This document shows, piece by piece, positions 12,028-24,152 of a stretch of 64,000 bases of DNA (the first letter of the stretch is position 1; every line of letters starts with the position of its first letter). The stretch lies in contig OX597842.1 of NCBI GenBank assembly GCA_951406725.2, forward strand, positions 25,668,001 through 25,732,000, written 5' to 3'. The stretch comes from Octopus vulgaris. Taxonomy: Eukaryota. A model generated the notes under the pieces. It was not told the origin of the DNA and searched no databases. It was given only the letters and a program-made list of their open reading frames with translations. A program made the position numbers and the translations under genes.

Positions 12028-13306
12028 CACTTTGCCATTGTGGTGTTGTTTGAACTTCTTGTAGTCGTCTCTGAAACATCGGTTTCCCCTATTGGAAAAC
12101 AATTCTTAGCATTTGCTTCCTTGATGGAACCAGTCCTGCTGCCCCTTTTGGATTTTGGAGAATGCATGGATATTCCATTGATCAATTTCTTGTCCCTTTG
12201 TTTCATCAGGCCATGTTTATATATATAGAAAGGAAATTTGGACCTAGAAATCAACTTTTCTGCTTCTGTTTTCCTTCATTATGTGAGAATGTGCTACCCA
12301 TCATAACTGTGATCAGATAATGTGGGCCTTCGTGCTAACTATGCCAATGTGGTGTTGTTTGAACTTCTTGTAGTCGTCTCTGAAACGTTGGTTTCCCCTA
12401 TTGGAAAACAATTTTTAGCATTTGCTTCCTTGATGGAACCAGTCCTGCTGCCCCTTTTGGATTTCGGAGAATGCATGGATATTCCATTGATCAATTTGTT
12501 GTCCCTTTGTTTCATCAGGCCATGTTTATATATATAGAAAGGAAATTTGGACCTAGAAATCAACTTTTCTGCTTCTGTTTTCCTTCATTATGTGAGAATG
12601 TGCTACCCATCATAACTGTGATCAGATAATGTGGGCCTTTGTGCTAACTTTGCCATTGTGGTGTTGTTTGAACTTCTTGTAGTCGTCTCTGAAACGTCAG
12701 TTTCCCCAATTGGAAAACAATTTTTAGCATTTGCTTCCTTGATGGAACCAGTCCCGCTGCCTCTTTTGCATTTTGGAGAATGCATGGATATTCCATTGAT
12801 CAATTTGTTGTCCCTTTGTTTGATCGGGCCATGTTTTTATATATAGAAAGGAAATTTGGACCAAGAAATCAACTTATCTGCTTCTGTTTTCCTTCATTAT
12901 GTGAGAATGTGCTACCCATCATAACTGTGATCAGATAATGTGGGCCTTTGTTCTAACTTTGCCAATGTGGTGTTGTTTGAACTTCTTGTAGTCGTCTCTG
13001 AAACGTCGGTTTCCCCTATTGGAAAACAATTTTTAGCATTTGCTTCCTTGATGGAACCAGTCCCGCTGCCTCTTTTGCATTTTGGAGAATGCATGGATAT
13101 TCCATTGATCAATTTGTTGTCCCTTTGTTTCATAGGGCCATGTTTATATATATAGAAAGGAAATTTGGACGTAGAAATCAACTTTTCTGCTTCTATTTTC
13201 CTTCATTATATGAGAATGTGCTACCCATCATAACTGAGATCAGATAATGTGGGCCTTTCTGCTAACTTTGCCATTGTGGTGTTGTTTGAACTTCTTGTAG
13301 TTGTAT
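12028..13306. repeat. 309-bp tandem repeat, ~4 copies
   Basis: Equivalent positions at 12254, 12563 and 13181 are spaced by multiples of 309. Confidence 0.93.
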
Positions 13307-13580
13307 CTTCTTGTGTTCAGGAAACGTGGGCCTTTCTGCTAACTTTCCCAAAGTGTCTCAGGTGGTGTAGTTTGAATATCTGTTTTGGTTTCTGGAACAT
13401 CTGATTCCGTAATTACAAAATGGTTTATACCATTTCCTTGATGTCCTAGAAATCATGGAGTACCCAGCTTCCATTTGAAACATCTGATATGGATACGATC
13501 CATATAAATTTGACTAAAGTATTGACAACTTTTCAGTGGGTTCATTTTTCTGAATGCCATCAGGAACCATTTATATGGAA

Positions 13581-14090
13581 CTTGCAGTATCGCCCGGCGT
13601 TGCTCGGGTTTGTAAGGGAAATAACTATATAAGCATTTTTAGAGAGTTACTTCGCTTATAGATGCCAATTCGGGCTTTCTGAGCCATTTCTGTTTTGGTG
13701 TCTTCAAGCCATGAAGTCGTTGTTCTAAAAGAACGCTGGTCTCCTTGACAATGCTTTACGACGTTGATTTCCTTACACTACCTTCCCCACTGCTTCACGA
13801 GGGAGGGAAGAAGGGGAGAAGCAACACAGGTGCAGGTGTGACCATGGACGCCAACTCCACCGCCATCAACACACGAAAAATTATGCATTAAAATGGAATA
13901 AAAAAATTTTAAATTATTTTTTAAATCGTAGATTCATCGTAGACGTGCACTAATAACCAGACGGGCTCGATATGAATCACGACTATAAGATACCCGAATT
14001 TGGTTAAACTGCACTGCAAAATGTGGGAGTAGTTAGGAATCTAAATCGAAGGGGACAGACACTCACACAACTACAGTTTTATATATATGG
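13581..14090 (-). mobile_element. Non-autonomous Helitron-like element
   Basis: Shares gcagtatcgcccggcgttgctcgggtttgtaagggaaataactata with the element at 41518, including the subterminal hairpin. The CTAG end is mutated. Confidence 0.7.
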
Positions 14091-14524
14091 AATATACAGA
14101 GTATCTAATTCACATCATATGCCATTGTCCCCTGTGTCTTGTTGTTTTGAAGTTTGATATTTCAAGAGATGAGCAAAATTCATGTCTGCTACACGTTTAT
14201 TTTCCTGTTTCGGTTACTACGAAATTTTGAATGGAGAAGTCTACCTTGGTGTCTGTTACCCTTCACTGTTGCCACTGTGTTGCAGTAATGAGGGCCTGCA
14301 CACTAACTGTGCCAGCGTGGCACATGTGACAGTTTGAACTTCTGTAATTACTGCAGCCTTATTAGCCCTTACTTTCGCAACACATGTTGCATAAATTCCT
14401 CAATGTCCTTGGAATGAATGCTTACAAATCCTCCATTAGAAATACCCTACATGGATACAACCTAAAAAACCTGACAAAAGGATTGGCAAACTTGCAGTAG
14501 GTTCCATTTAAGGGATGGGGTGGG

Positions 14525-14823
14525 ATGTAAAAAGCACCATCCGTTCGTGGCCGTTGCCAGCCTCGCCTCGCCCCGTGCCGGTGACACGTAAAAAGCACCG
14601 TCCGTCCGTGGACGTTTGCCAGCTCTGTCTGGCACATGTGCGGGTGGCACGTAAAAAGCACCCACTACACTCTCAGAGTGGTTGGCGTTAGGAAGGGCAT
14701 CCAGCCGTAGAAACACTGCCAGATCAGACGGCCTGGTGCTGCCTCCTGGCTTCACAGACCCCAGTTGAACCGTCCAACCCATGCTAGCATGGGAAGCGGA
14801 CGCTAAATAATGATGATGATGAT
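14525..14823 (+). mobile_element. SINE-like or RTE-related retroposon with (ATG)n tail
   Basis: gagtggttggcgttaggaagggcatccagc..aaccgtccaacccatgctagcatgg..atgatgatgat. Second copy at 52750-53171. Confidence 0.75.
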
Positions 14824-15022
14824 TCAGGAACCGTTTATATGGAATTTGCAGAGAATCTGAGCTTTGTCAGTCTCTATCGTTATATTTGTTCATTTCATTC
14901 TTTGCAATTTGGAGCTTTTGGTTGAGTTTTGGTTTGACTCCATTTCGTTTTGGTGGCTTCCATTACAGCCATTGCTGGTTTAATTGCCATTTTCAAAGAT
15001 GCTAATAAGGTAACGAGTGTTT

Positions 15023-16680
15023 GCACACTACCTGTGCCAATGGGGCTCAGGTGGTGTAGTTTGAAATTCTGTAGTGACTTCTGATTCATCAGAATCTAAT
15101 TTAGGGAACTATCTTTGGGAGACTACAGCCCTTTATTCTCTGGGTGTCCTGCCTTGCACAAGTTACAAGGGAATGAAGCCTGCACACTGACTGTGCCAAT
15201 GTGGCTCAGGTGGTGTAGTTTGAAATTCTGTAGTGACTTCTGATTCATCAGAATCTAATTTAGGGAACTATCTTTGGGAGACTACAGCCCTTTATTCTCT
15301 GGGTGTCCTGCCTTGCACAAGTTACAAGGGAATGAAGCCTGCACACTGACTGTGCCAATGTGGCTCAGGTGGTGTAGTTTGAAATTCTGTAGTGACTTCT
15401 GATTCATCATAATCTAATTTAGGGAACTATCTTTGAGAGACTACAGCCCTTTATTCTCTGGGTGTCCTGCCCTACACAACAGCTAAAAGGGAATGAAGCC
15501 CGCACACTGACTGTGCCAATGTGGCTCAGGTGGGGTAGTTTGAAATTCTGTAGTGACTTCTGATTCATCAGAATCTAATTTAGGGAACTATCTTTGGGAG
15601 ACTACAGCCCTTTATTCTCTGGGTGTCCTGCCCTACACAACAGCTAAAAGGGAATGAAGCCCGCACACTGACTGTGCCAATGTGGCTCAGGTGGGGTAGT
15701 TTGAAATTCTGTAGTGACTTCTGATTCATCAAAATCTAATTTAGGGAACTATCTTTGAGAGACTACAGCCCTTTATTCTCTGGGTGTCCTGCCCTACACA
15801 ACAGCTAAAAGGGAATGAAGCCCGCACACTGACTGTGCCAATGTGGCTCAGGTGGGGTAGTTTGAAATTCTGTAGTGACTTCTGATTCATCAGAATCTAA
15901 TTTAGGGAACTATCTTTGGGAGACTACAGCCCTTTATTCTCTGGGTGTCCTGCCCTGTCCTACACAACAGTTACAAGGGAATGAAGCCTGCACACTGACT
16001 GTGCCAATGTGCCTCAGGTGGGGTAGTTTGAAATTCTGTAGTGACTTCTGATTCATCAAAATCTAATTTAGGGAACTATCTTTGGGAGACCACAGCCCTT
16101 TATTCTCTGGGTGTCCTGCCCTACACAACAGGTACAAGGGAATGAAGCCTGCATTCTGACTGTGCCAATGGGGCTCAGGTGGTGTAGTTTGAAATTCTGT
16201 AGGTACTTCTGATTCATCAGAATCTAATTTAGGGAACTATCTTTGGGAGACTACAGCCCTTTATTCTCTGGGTGTACTTCCCTACACAACAGGTACAAGG
16301 GAATGAAGCCTGCACTCTGACTGTGCCAATGTGGCTCAGGTGGTGTAGTTTGAAATTCTGTAGTAACTTCTGATTCATCAAAATCTAATTTAGGGAACTA
16401 TCTTTGGGAGACTACAGCCCTTTATTCTCTGGGTGTCCTTCCCTACACAACAGGTACAAGGGAATGAAGCCTGCACTCTGACTGTGCCAATGTGGCTCAG
16501 GTGGTGTAGTTTGAAATTCTGTAGTAACTTCTGATTCATCAAAATCTAATTTAGGGAACTATCTTTGGGAGACTACAGCCCTTTATTCTCTGGGTGTCCT
16601 GCCCTACACAACAGTTACAAGGGAATGAAGCCTGCACACTGACTGTGCCAATGTGGCTCAGGTGGTGTAGTTTGAAATTC
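15023..16680. repeat. ~160-bp satellite, 10 full units plus a partial
   Basis: Unit starts at 15023, 15182, 15341, 15502, 15663, 15824, 15990, 16151, 16312, 16473 and 16634. Confidence 0.96.
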
Positions 16681-16976
16681 AGCACAAGTGTTCAGGTAAT
16701 GTGGGCCTTTGTGCTAACTTTGCCCTTGTGGTGTTGTTTGAACTTCCTGTAGTTGTCTCTGGATCGTCTGTTTCCCCTATTGCAAAATAATTTTTAGCAT
16801 TTGCATTCTTAATGGAAGCAGCGCTGCTGCCTCGTTTATATTTTGTAGAATGCATGGATTTTCCATTGACCAATTTGTTGTCCCTTTGTTTCATAGGGAC
16901 ATGTGTATTTAAAAAGGAAATTTGGACATAGAAATCTACTTTTCTGCTTCTGTTTTCCTTTATCATGTGAGGATGT

Positions 16977-19243
16977 GCTATATTGAAGAGGATCAGCGAG
17001 AGCGCGTCCCCCTGTCTAACACCTCGACGAATCTCAATGGGTTCACTAACTTGCCCACTGACTGAGAATCTGGTAGTACTGCCTTCATAGATCCCCTCCA
17101 CAAGCGCTATAACGTGCTCGTGGAACCCAAGTCTCCGCAGTCCTGCATACCCCAACGTGTGCAAGACTGTATTGAAGGCCTTCGAGAGATCCAAAAATGC
17201 AACCTCCAGCCGCGGTATTCTCAGTCGGGCTTGCCTCCCCATCGTGTGACTGACGAGCTGCCAAAGGAGAAACACGAGTTCTCACTGCAGCCGTCAGCGT
17301 GGATAAAGCCTCTTTGGCTTGGATTCAGGGGAGTTACCTGAAGCATGCGCTTGGCGACCATTTTAGAGAATAAACGATACACTGCAGAACATATCGTGAT
17401 TGGTCGCCAATTTGCAAGATCGTATGGGTCGTCTGCCCTCTTTGATACGAGGACAGACCTACCCCGCTTCAGGATATCGGGTACTTTACCCGCCAGCAAC
17501 ATGCAGTTGCATATATTTGCTAGGACAGCTGGGTCCATTGATTTGATTTCACTAACAGTGATACCATCCGGACCCGCCGCTGAGGAGATCTTCATCCTAC
17601 GTCTATTGATCTTAACCTCTTCCACGGAGAACGGACTCAAGATGGAGCCGCTCTCAACCTGGGAGGAGGAGGGGTAGTTCTTCAGATCAACCTCAGGGCC
17701 TGGAGCAGAAAGCCTCCCTCTATAGAATTCCTCTATAGCATAAAGTGGGATAGGGCATTCCTGCTCCCTGTCCTCGCCTAACACAACTGCAAGGAGCCTC
17801 TTCCTATCTTTCTTGAATAAGTCCTGGTGGCGGGCGTACGCATGTTGCCTACCCCGCCGCCTAAAATTGGTGTTCTTGCTAGGATTCCTAACTCTACTAT
17901 TCCTGGTAGTCTCTTCCCTACACGATCCGTAGTGCTCCACCCAGTCCTCTACTCTTCTCTCAAAAGAGCCCCAGGCAGCCGAGGTCCCGTCTTCTACGAG
18001 TTCCAATAGGGCCTCGGAGAAGACTGCAGACCAACGGGTATGCCCGGGACATGCAGCATCGAGGAAGGATCCCTCCAGTCAAAATTAGACTGGGGTCCTC
18101 CCCTGATTTGTGGTTGGGAATTGGTCACGGACTGCTCTGACCCTTGATGACTCTTACGAGCCCTTTCGGCCAGGTCAGCCCTTTTCGATCCTACCTGTTT
18201 GGCTGTTTTGCCCGGTAGGAACCGTGCAATGGCTGCATTGATCTGCTTTACCCCTGTCTTTTTCAGCTCACTCCTTTTCAACGAGGACCGCTACTTCCTC
18301 GTCAGACTAACAGCCCCTGTGTCTTTGGCCTGTTGCCTCAGCAGCGGCTGCCCGATCGGCACGTTTTTTCGCAATTTGCTCTAAGCGAGCAGCAATCCTG
18401 CGCAGCACATTTGACATAAGCATCCTGTAGTGGCAAATGCCCGATCGACCTACGGCCGTCAAAAAAGAATGGCTGCAGTGGTCACAATCAAAGGAGACTA
18501 GAGCCGGACTAGGGGCAGGCGCTCTAAATGCACTACCATCGCACCGACCTGCGGACACCTCATAGAGTGGAGGTGCCCGCTTTCCCTATCACATTTACTG
18601 CATTTGTATACAGGCTTAATGCCATGTCTACATATTACGTGCTCCCACCAAACATTGGGGGAGGAGAAGCGCAGAGGACATAGTGGACTGGCTATGGAGC
18701 ATGACGCGCAGGGAATTGTAAGTGAGAATTCACTCCCAACTGGAGTGGGGCTTGATACCCCCACTACCTCCTCTCGATCCATTTCTAACTTAAGAGAATG
18801 AATGGGGAGGTCCCTAGCGACCCTATCTCGGTCCGTCTCTAAATCAGAAGACCGGACTTCATCGATGGGGTCATGTGCTAGGTCTAGTGGGAATTGTTCT
18901 CCTCTCACTATCAGGGAATGTTCTTTGTATTCTAGTCTAAATATGTTTACTCTATTTCTATAATACTTCAGTGTCGGACGCAAATTTAAGCGCCCGACAC
19001 TGGTCCTGTCGATGCCTATTGAGCCACTTGGACTTACTTGCGCCGGAGATGACTCGTCCCGTGCAAGGGAGGGTAGTCCTTCGGCTGACCGCATTTGGTT
19101 AATGCCGTCAGCCTGACGTGTGGGCCCCATCCCGGACCCACAGGCCACCAGTTTAACGGCACCTGGCTGCCGTATGTTTCTAAACTTATTAGTGAGCATC
19201 ACTATTCTTAGCGACATTTTACTAAGGATCCTAGCCGAAACGA
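16977..19243 (-). mobile_element. R2 copy 4: divergent lineage, 5'-truncated and 3'-truncated
   Basis: ORFs 18498-19256, 17994-18281, 17221-18006 and 16679-17275. Peptide differs conservatively from the other copies. Confidence 0.95.
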
Positions 19244-19300
19244 TTAAGAGAGTCATAGTTACTCCTGCCGTTTACCCACGCTTGGTTGAATTTCTTCACT

Positions 19301-19332
<32 letters not shown>

Positions 19333-19432
19333 CACGTCTGTGCGGCTTGGCCGGCTACACGATGCTCTGTTTTAATTACTGTCAGATTCCCCTGGTCCGT
19401 ACCAGTTCCGAGTCGACCGTTCACCGCCGGCC
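19244..19432 (-). rRNA. 28S rRNA fragment ending ...ATGACTCTCTTAA
   Basis: Plus strand ttaagagagtcatagttactc... is 28S up to 2 nt before the R2 bottom-strand nick. Confidence 0.95.
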
Positions 19433-19792
19433 TAACGCCTGCCTGTCTACGCTGTCAAATGCTTTTTCAAAGTCAACAAAGCACACACATAGTGTCGTTT
19501 GCCATTCCATTGTCTGCTCCACGATGACTCTGAGTGTCACAATCTTATCCGTGCATGATCTCTCCTTTCCGAGACCTGCCTGATCATCTCTGAGTGACTT
19601 GTCAATGGTATCTTTCAATTGCTCCAGGATGATTCTTGTAAGGACTTTGCTTGGAATGGAAAGCAAGGTAATTCCTCTCCATTTCCACTTTGTGATAAAA
19701 TCCCCACTCTTCGGCAGCTTCACCGAAAGAACCTTCTTCCAGTCGTTTGGGATCTTCTCTGTCCTCCGTACCAAGTTCAGCACATGGAGCAT
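19433..19792 (-). mobile_element. RTE-like RT fragment
   Basis: ORF 19421-19852. Confidence 0.88.
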
Positions 19793-21329
19793 GTAATTGT
19801 TTTGAATGTTGGTATTCACAAGAGAAATTCTTTGCCTGCGTGCTTCACCCATTTTCCAATCTCTCGTTTTATACTGTTGGAATTTTCATGCTGCTGTCTA
19901 AATATAAATACAAATTTGACTGTGCAGAACTACCTTTGTGTGTCTGCTGCCCTCCATTCTCAGATATGCCCTACTCAGTGCAAGAATAAGGTAGTGAGGG
20001 CCTGCATATTGTCTGTGCCAATGTGGTTCTTATTGTGTATTTAAATCTGTCATGAATTCTGATTTGTCAGATATTTCTTAAGCAACACAGCTTGTACAAT
20101 TCCTAATATTCTCTCCATCAATGGGTACCCTGCATCTAATCTAGATGGATTTAAACCAATAAAACATGGCACAGCTGGAGCAGATTGATGAATCAGAAGT
20201 TACTACAGAAGTTCAGATTGTACACTGGCACTACGGGTTGTACAATTCCTCCTCGTTTCAGTACATTTCCTCTTTTGGTATTGCAGGTTTTCTGTTCTGA
20301 ATTCTTCTATTGAGCATATCGGATCTTTACTAAGGGAGAGAGAAACAAGTGAAGCAGAAAGTTGGTTCTGTTCTGACGATTTTCATTAGAGCCATTGCAG
20401 TAGTCCATCATGTTTTTTGGATGGTGATTCAGATATTTGCTTTCTTGATGGAAACAGTCCAGTTGCTTCCTTTCAGTTTTGGAGAATACATGGGGTCTTC
20501 TTTGACCAATTTGTTGTCCCTTTGTTTCATATTGCAATTTGTATAAAAAAGGAAATTTGGACATAGAAATCTACTTTTCTGCTACTGTTTTCCTTCTTTA
20601 TATGAGAATGTGCTACCCATCATAACTGTGATCAGATAATGTGGGCCTTTGTGCTAACTTTGCCATTGTGGTGTTGTTTGAACTTCTTGTAGTTGTCTCC
20701 GTATCGTCTGATTCCCCTATTGTAAAACAATTTTTAGCATTTGCTTTCTTGATGGAAACAGTTCTGCTGCCTCTTATGGATTTTGGAGAATGCATGGATT
20801 TTCCATTGACCAATTTTTTGTCCCTTTGTTTCATCGGGCCATGTTTATATATATAGAAAGGAAATTTGGACCTAGAAATCAACTTTTCTGCTTCTGTTTT
20901 CCTTCATTATATGAGAATATGCTTCCCATCATATCAGTGATCAGATAATGTGGGCCTTTGTGCTAACTTTGCTTTTGTGGTGTTGTTTGAACTTCTTGTA
21001 GTTGTCTCCGTATCATCTGATTCCCTTTTTGCAAAATAATTTTTTTGCATTTGCTATCTTGATCGAAATAGTCCTGCTGCCTCTTTTGGATTTTGGAGAA
21101 TGCATGTTTCAGATACGTCTATTTCCAATATTGTAAAGCAGTTTTTAGCATTTGCTTTCATAATTGAAGCAGTCCTGCTGCCTTTTTTTACATTTTATAG
21201 AAAACTTGGATTTTCCATTGAGCAATTTGTTGTCCCTTTGTTTCATAGGGCCATGTGTATATAGAAAGGAATTTCTGGACATAGAAATCTGCTTTGCAGC
21301 CTCTATTTTCCTTTATCATGTGAGAATGT

Positions 21330-23603
21330 GCTATATTGAAGAGGATCAGTGAAAGCGTGTCCCCCTGTCTAACACCTCGACGAATCTCTATGCGTTCACT
21401 AACTTGCCCACCAACTGAGAATCTGGTAGTACTGCCTTCATAGATCCCCTCTACAAGCGCTATAACATGCTCGTGGAACCTAAGTCTCCGCAGTCCCGCT
21501 TACATAAGAGAGTGCGAGACTGTATCGAAGGCCTTCGAGAGATCCAAAAAGGCAACCTCCAGCCGCATTATTCTCAGCTGTGCTGGCCTCCCCATCGTGC
21601 GACTGATGAGCTGCTGAAGGAGAACCGAGTTGTCACTGCAGCCGTCAGCGCGGATAAAGCCTCTTTGGCTTGGATTAAGAGGAGTTACCTGAAGCATGCG
21701 CTTGGCAACCATTTTTGAAAATAAACGATAAACCGCAGAGCATATTGTAATTGGTCACCATTTTGCAAGATCGTATGGGTCGTCCGATCTCTTGGGTATG
21801 AGAATCGACTTCCCCCTCTTCAGGATCTCGGGTACTTTACCCGCCAGCAACATGCAGTTGCATATATTAGTTAGAACAGCTGGGTCCATCGCTTTAATTT
21901 CACCTATAGTGATACCGTCTGGACCCGCCGCTGAGGAGATCTTCATCTGACGTCTACTTACCTTAATCTCCCCCACGGAGAACGGACTCAACATGGAGTC
22001 GTTCTCAACCTGGGAGGAGGAGGGGTAGTTCTTCAGATCTACCTCAGGGCCTGGAGCGGAAAGCCTGCCCTTATAAAATTCCTCTATTGAATAGATTGGA
22101 ATAGGGCATTCCCGCTCCCTGTTTTCACCTAACACAACTGCAAGGAGCTTCTTCCTATTCTTTCTAAATAAATCTTGATGTCGGGCATAAGCTTGACGCT
22201 TATCCCGATGCCTAGGCTTAATGTTACTCTTGTTCGGTGTGTTCCTATCGCTAGCTAAATTTCTCCTGTTGTTGGTAACTACCCTACGCGATTTATAATG
22301 CTCCACCCAGTCCTCTATAGTTTTCTCAAATGAGCCCCAAGCAATCGCTGTCCCGTCTTCCACGAGTTCCAAAAGGGCCTCGGAGAGGACTGCAGACCAG
22401 CGGGTATGCCCGGGGCATGCAGAATCGAGGAAGGGGTACCTCCAGTCAAAACTAGACTGGGGTTCTCCCCCGATTTGTGATTGGGAGTTGGTCGTGGACT
22501 GTTCTGTCCCTTGATGACTCTTGCGAGCCCTTTTGGCCAGATCAGCCCTTTTCGATCCCACCTGTTTGGCTGTTTTGCCCGCTAGGAATTGTGCAATGGC
22601 AGCATTGATCTGCTTTACCCCTGTCTTCTTCAGCTCAGACTCCTTTTCAACGAGGACCGCTACTTCCTCTTCGGACCAACAGCCCCTGCGTCTTTGGCCA
22701 AAAGCCTCAGCAGCGGCTGGCCGATCGGCACATTTCTTTGTAATTTCTTCAAGGCGAGCAGCAATCCTGCGGGCATTCGCCTCAACAGGATGCTTATACT
22801 GCGATCGACCTACAGCCGTCAAAAAGAACGGCTGCAGTGGTCACAATCAAAGGAGGCTAGAGCCGGACTAGGGGCAGGTGCTCTAAATGCACTGCCATCA
22901 CATCTACCAGCGTGACACCTCAAAGAATGGAGGTGACCGCTTTCCCTATCACATTTGATGCATCTGTAGACAGGTCTAATACCATGTCTACAGATAACAT
23001 GCTACCCCCATGAATGGGGGGAGGAGAAGTGCAGAGGACATAGCGGGCAGGCTATGGAGCAAGACGCACAGGGAATTGCAAGTGAGAATTCTCTACCACC
23101 TGGAGTGGGGCTTGATACCCCCACTACCTCCTCTCGATCCATTTCTAAATTAAGAGAATGAATGGGGAGGTCCCTAGCATCACCCTCTCTGTCCGTCTCT
23201 AACGAAAACCGGACTTCATCGATGGGGTCATGTGCTAGGTCCAGTGGGAGTTGTTCTCCTCTCACTATCAGGGAATGTTCTTTGTATTCTAGTCTAAATA
23301 TGTTTACTCTATTTCTGTAATACTTCAGTGTCGGACGCAAAGTTAAGCGCCCGACACTGGTCCTGTCGATGCCTATTGAGCCACTTGGACTTACTTGCAC
23401 CGGAGATGACTCGTTGTCCCGTGCAAGGGAGGGTAGTCCTTCGGCCGACCGCATTTGGTTAATGCCGTCAGCCTGACGTGTGGGCCCCATACCGGACTCA
23501 CAGGCCACCAGTTTAACGGCACCTGGCTGCCGTATGTTTCTAAACTTATTAGTTAGCATCACTATTCCTAGCGGCATTTTACTAGGGATCCTAGCCGAAA
23601 CGA
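21330..23603 (-). mobile_element. R2 copy 5: 5'- and 3'-truncated
   Basis: ORFs 23002-23616, 21755-22822 and 21500-21712. Confidence 0.95.
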
Positions 23604-23638
<35 letters not shown>

Positions 23639-23660
23639 TGCTTGGTTGAATTTCTTCACT

Positions 23661-23692
<32 letters not shown>

Positions 23693-23792
23693 CGCGTCTG
23701 TGCAGCTTGGCCGGCTACGCGATGCTCTGTTTTAATTACTGTCGGATTCCCCTGGTCCGTACCAGTTCCGAGTTGACCGTTCACCGCCGGCC
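23604..23792 (-). rRNA. 28S rRNA fragment
   Basis: Near-identical to 19244-19432 at an offset of 4360. Confidence 0.95.
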
Positions 23793-24152
23793 TAACGCCT
23801 GCCTGTCTACGCTGTCAAATGCTTTTTCAAAGTCAACAAAGCACACACATAGTGATGTTTGCCATTCCATTGTCTGCTCCACGATGACTCTGAGTGTCAC
23901 AATCTTATCCGTGCATGATCTCTCCTTTCCGAGACCTGCCTGATCATCTCTGAGTGACTTGTCAATGGTATCTTTCAATTGCTCCAGGATGATTCTTGTA
24001 AGGACTTTGCTTGGAATGGAAAGCAAGGTAATTCCTCTCCATTTCCACTTTGTGATAAAATCCCTACTCTTCGGCAGCTTCACCGAAAGAACCTTCTTCC
24101 AGTCGTTTGGGATCTTCTCTGTCCTCCGTACCAAGTTCAGCACATGGAGCAT
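23793..24152 (-). mobile_element. RTE-like RT fragment
   Basis: ORF 23781-24212. Confidence 0.88.

Noticed and set aside
15023-16680. CRISPR-like regular array
   Set aside because: Whole units are repeated, there are no unique spacers or cas genes, and the context is eukaryotic.
19244-19432. Intact R2 landing pad still targetable
   Set aside because: No fragment includes the downstream half of the target (GGTAGCCAAATG), so no empty site is present in this window.
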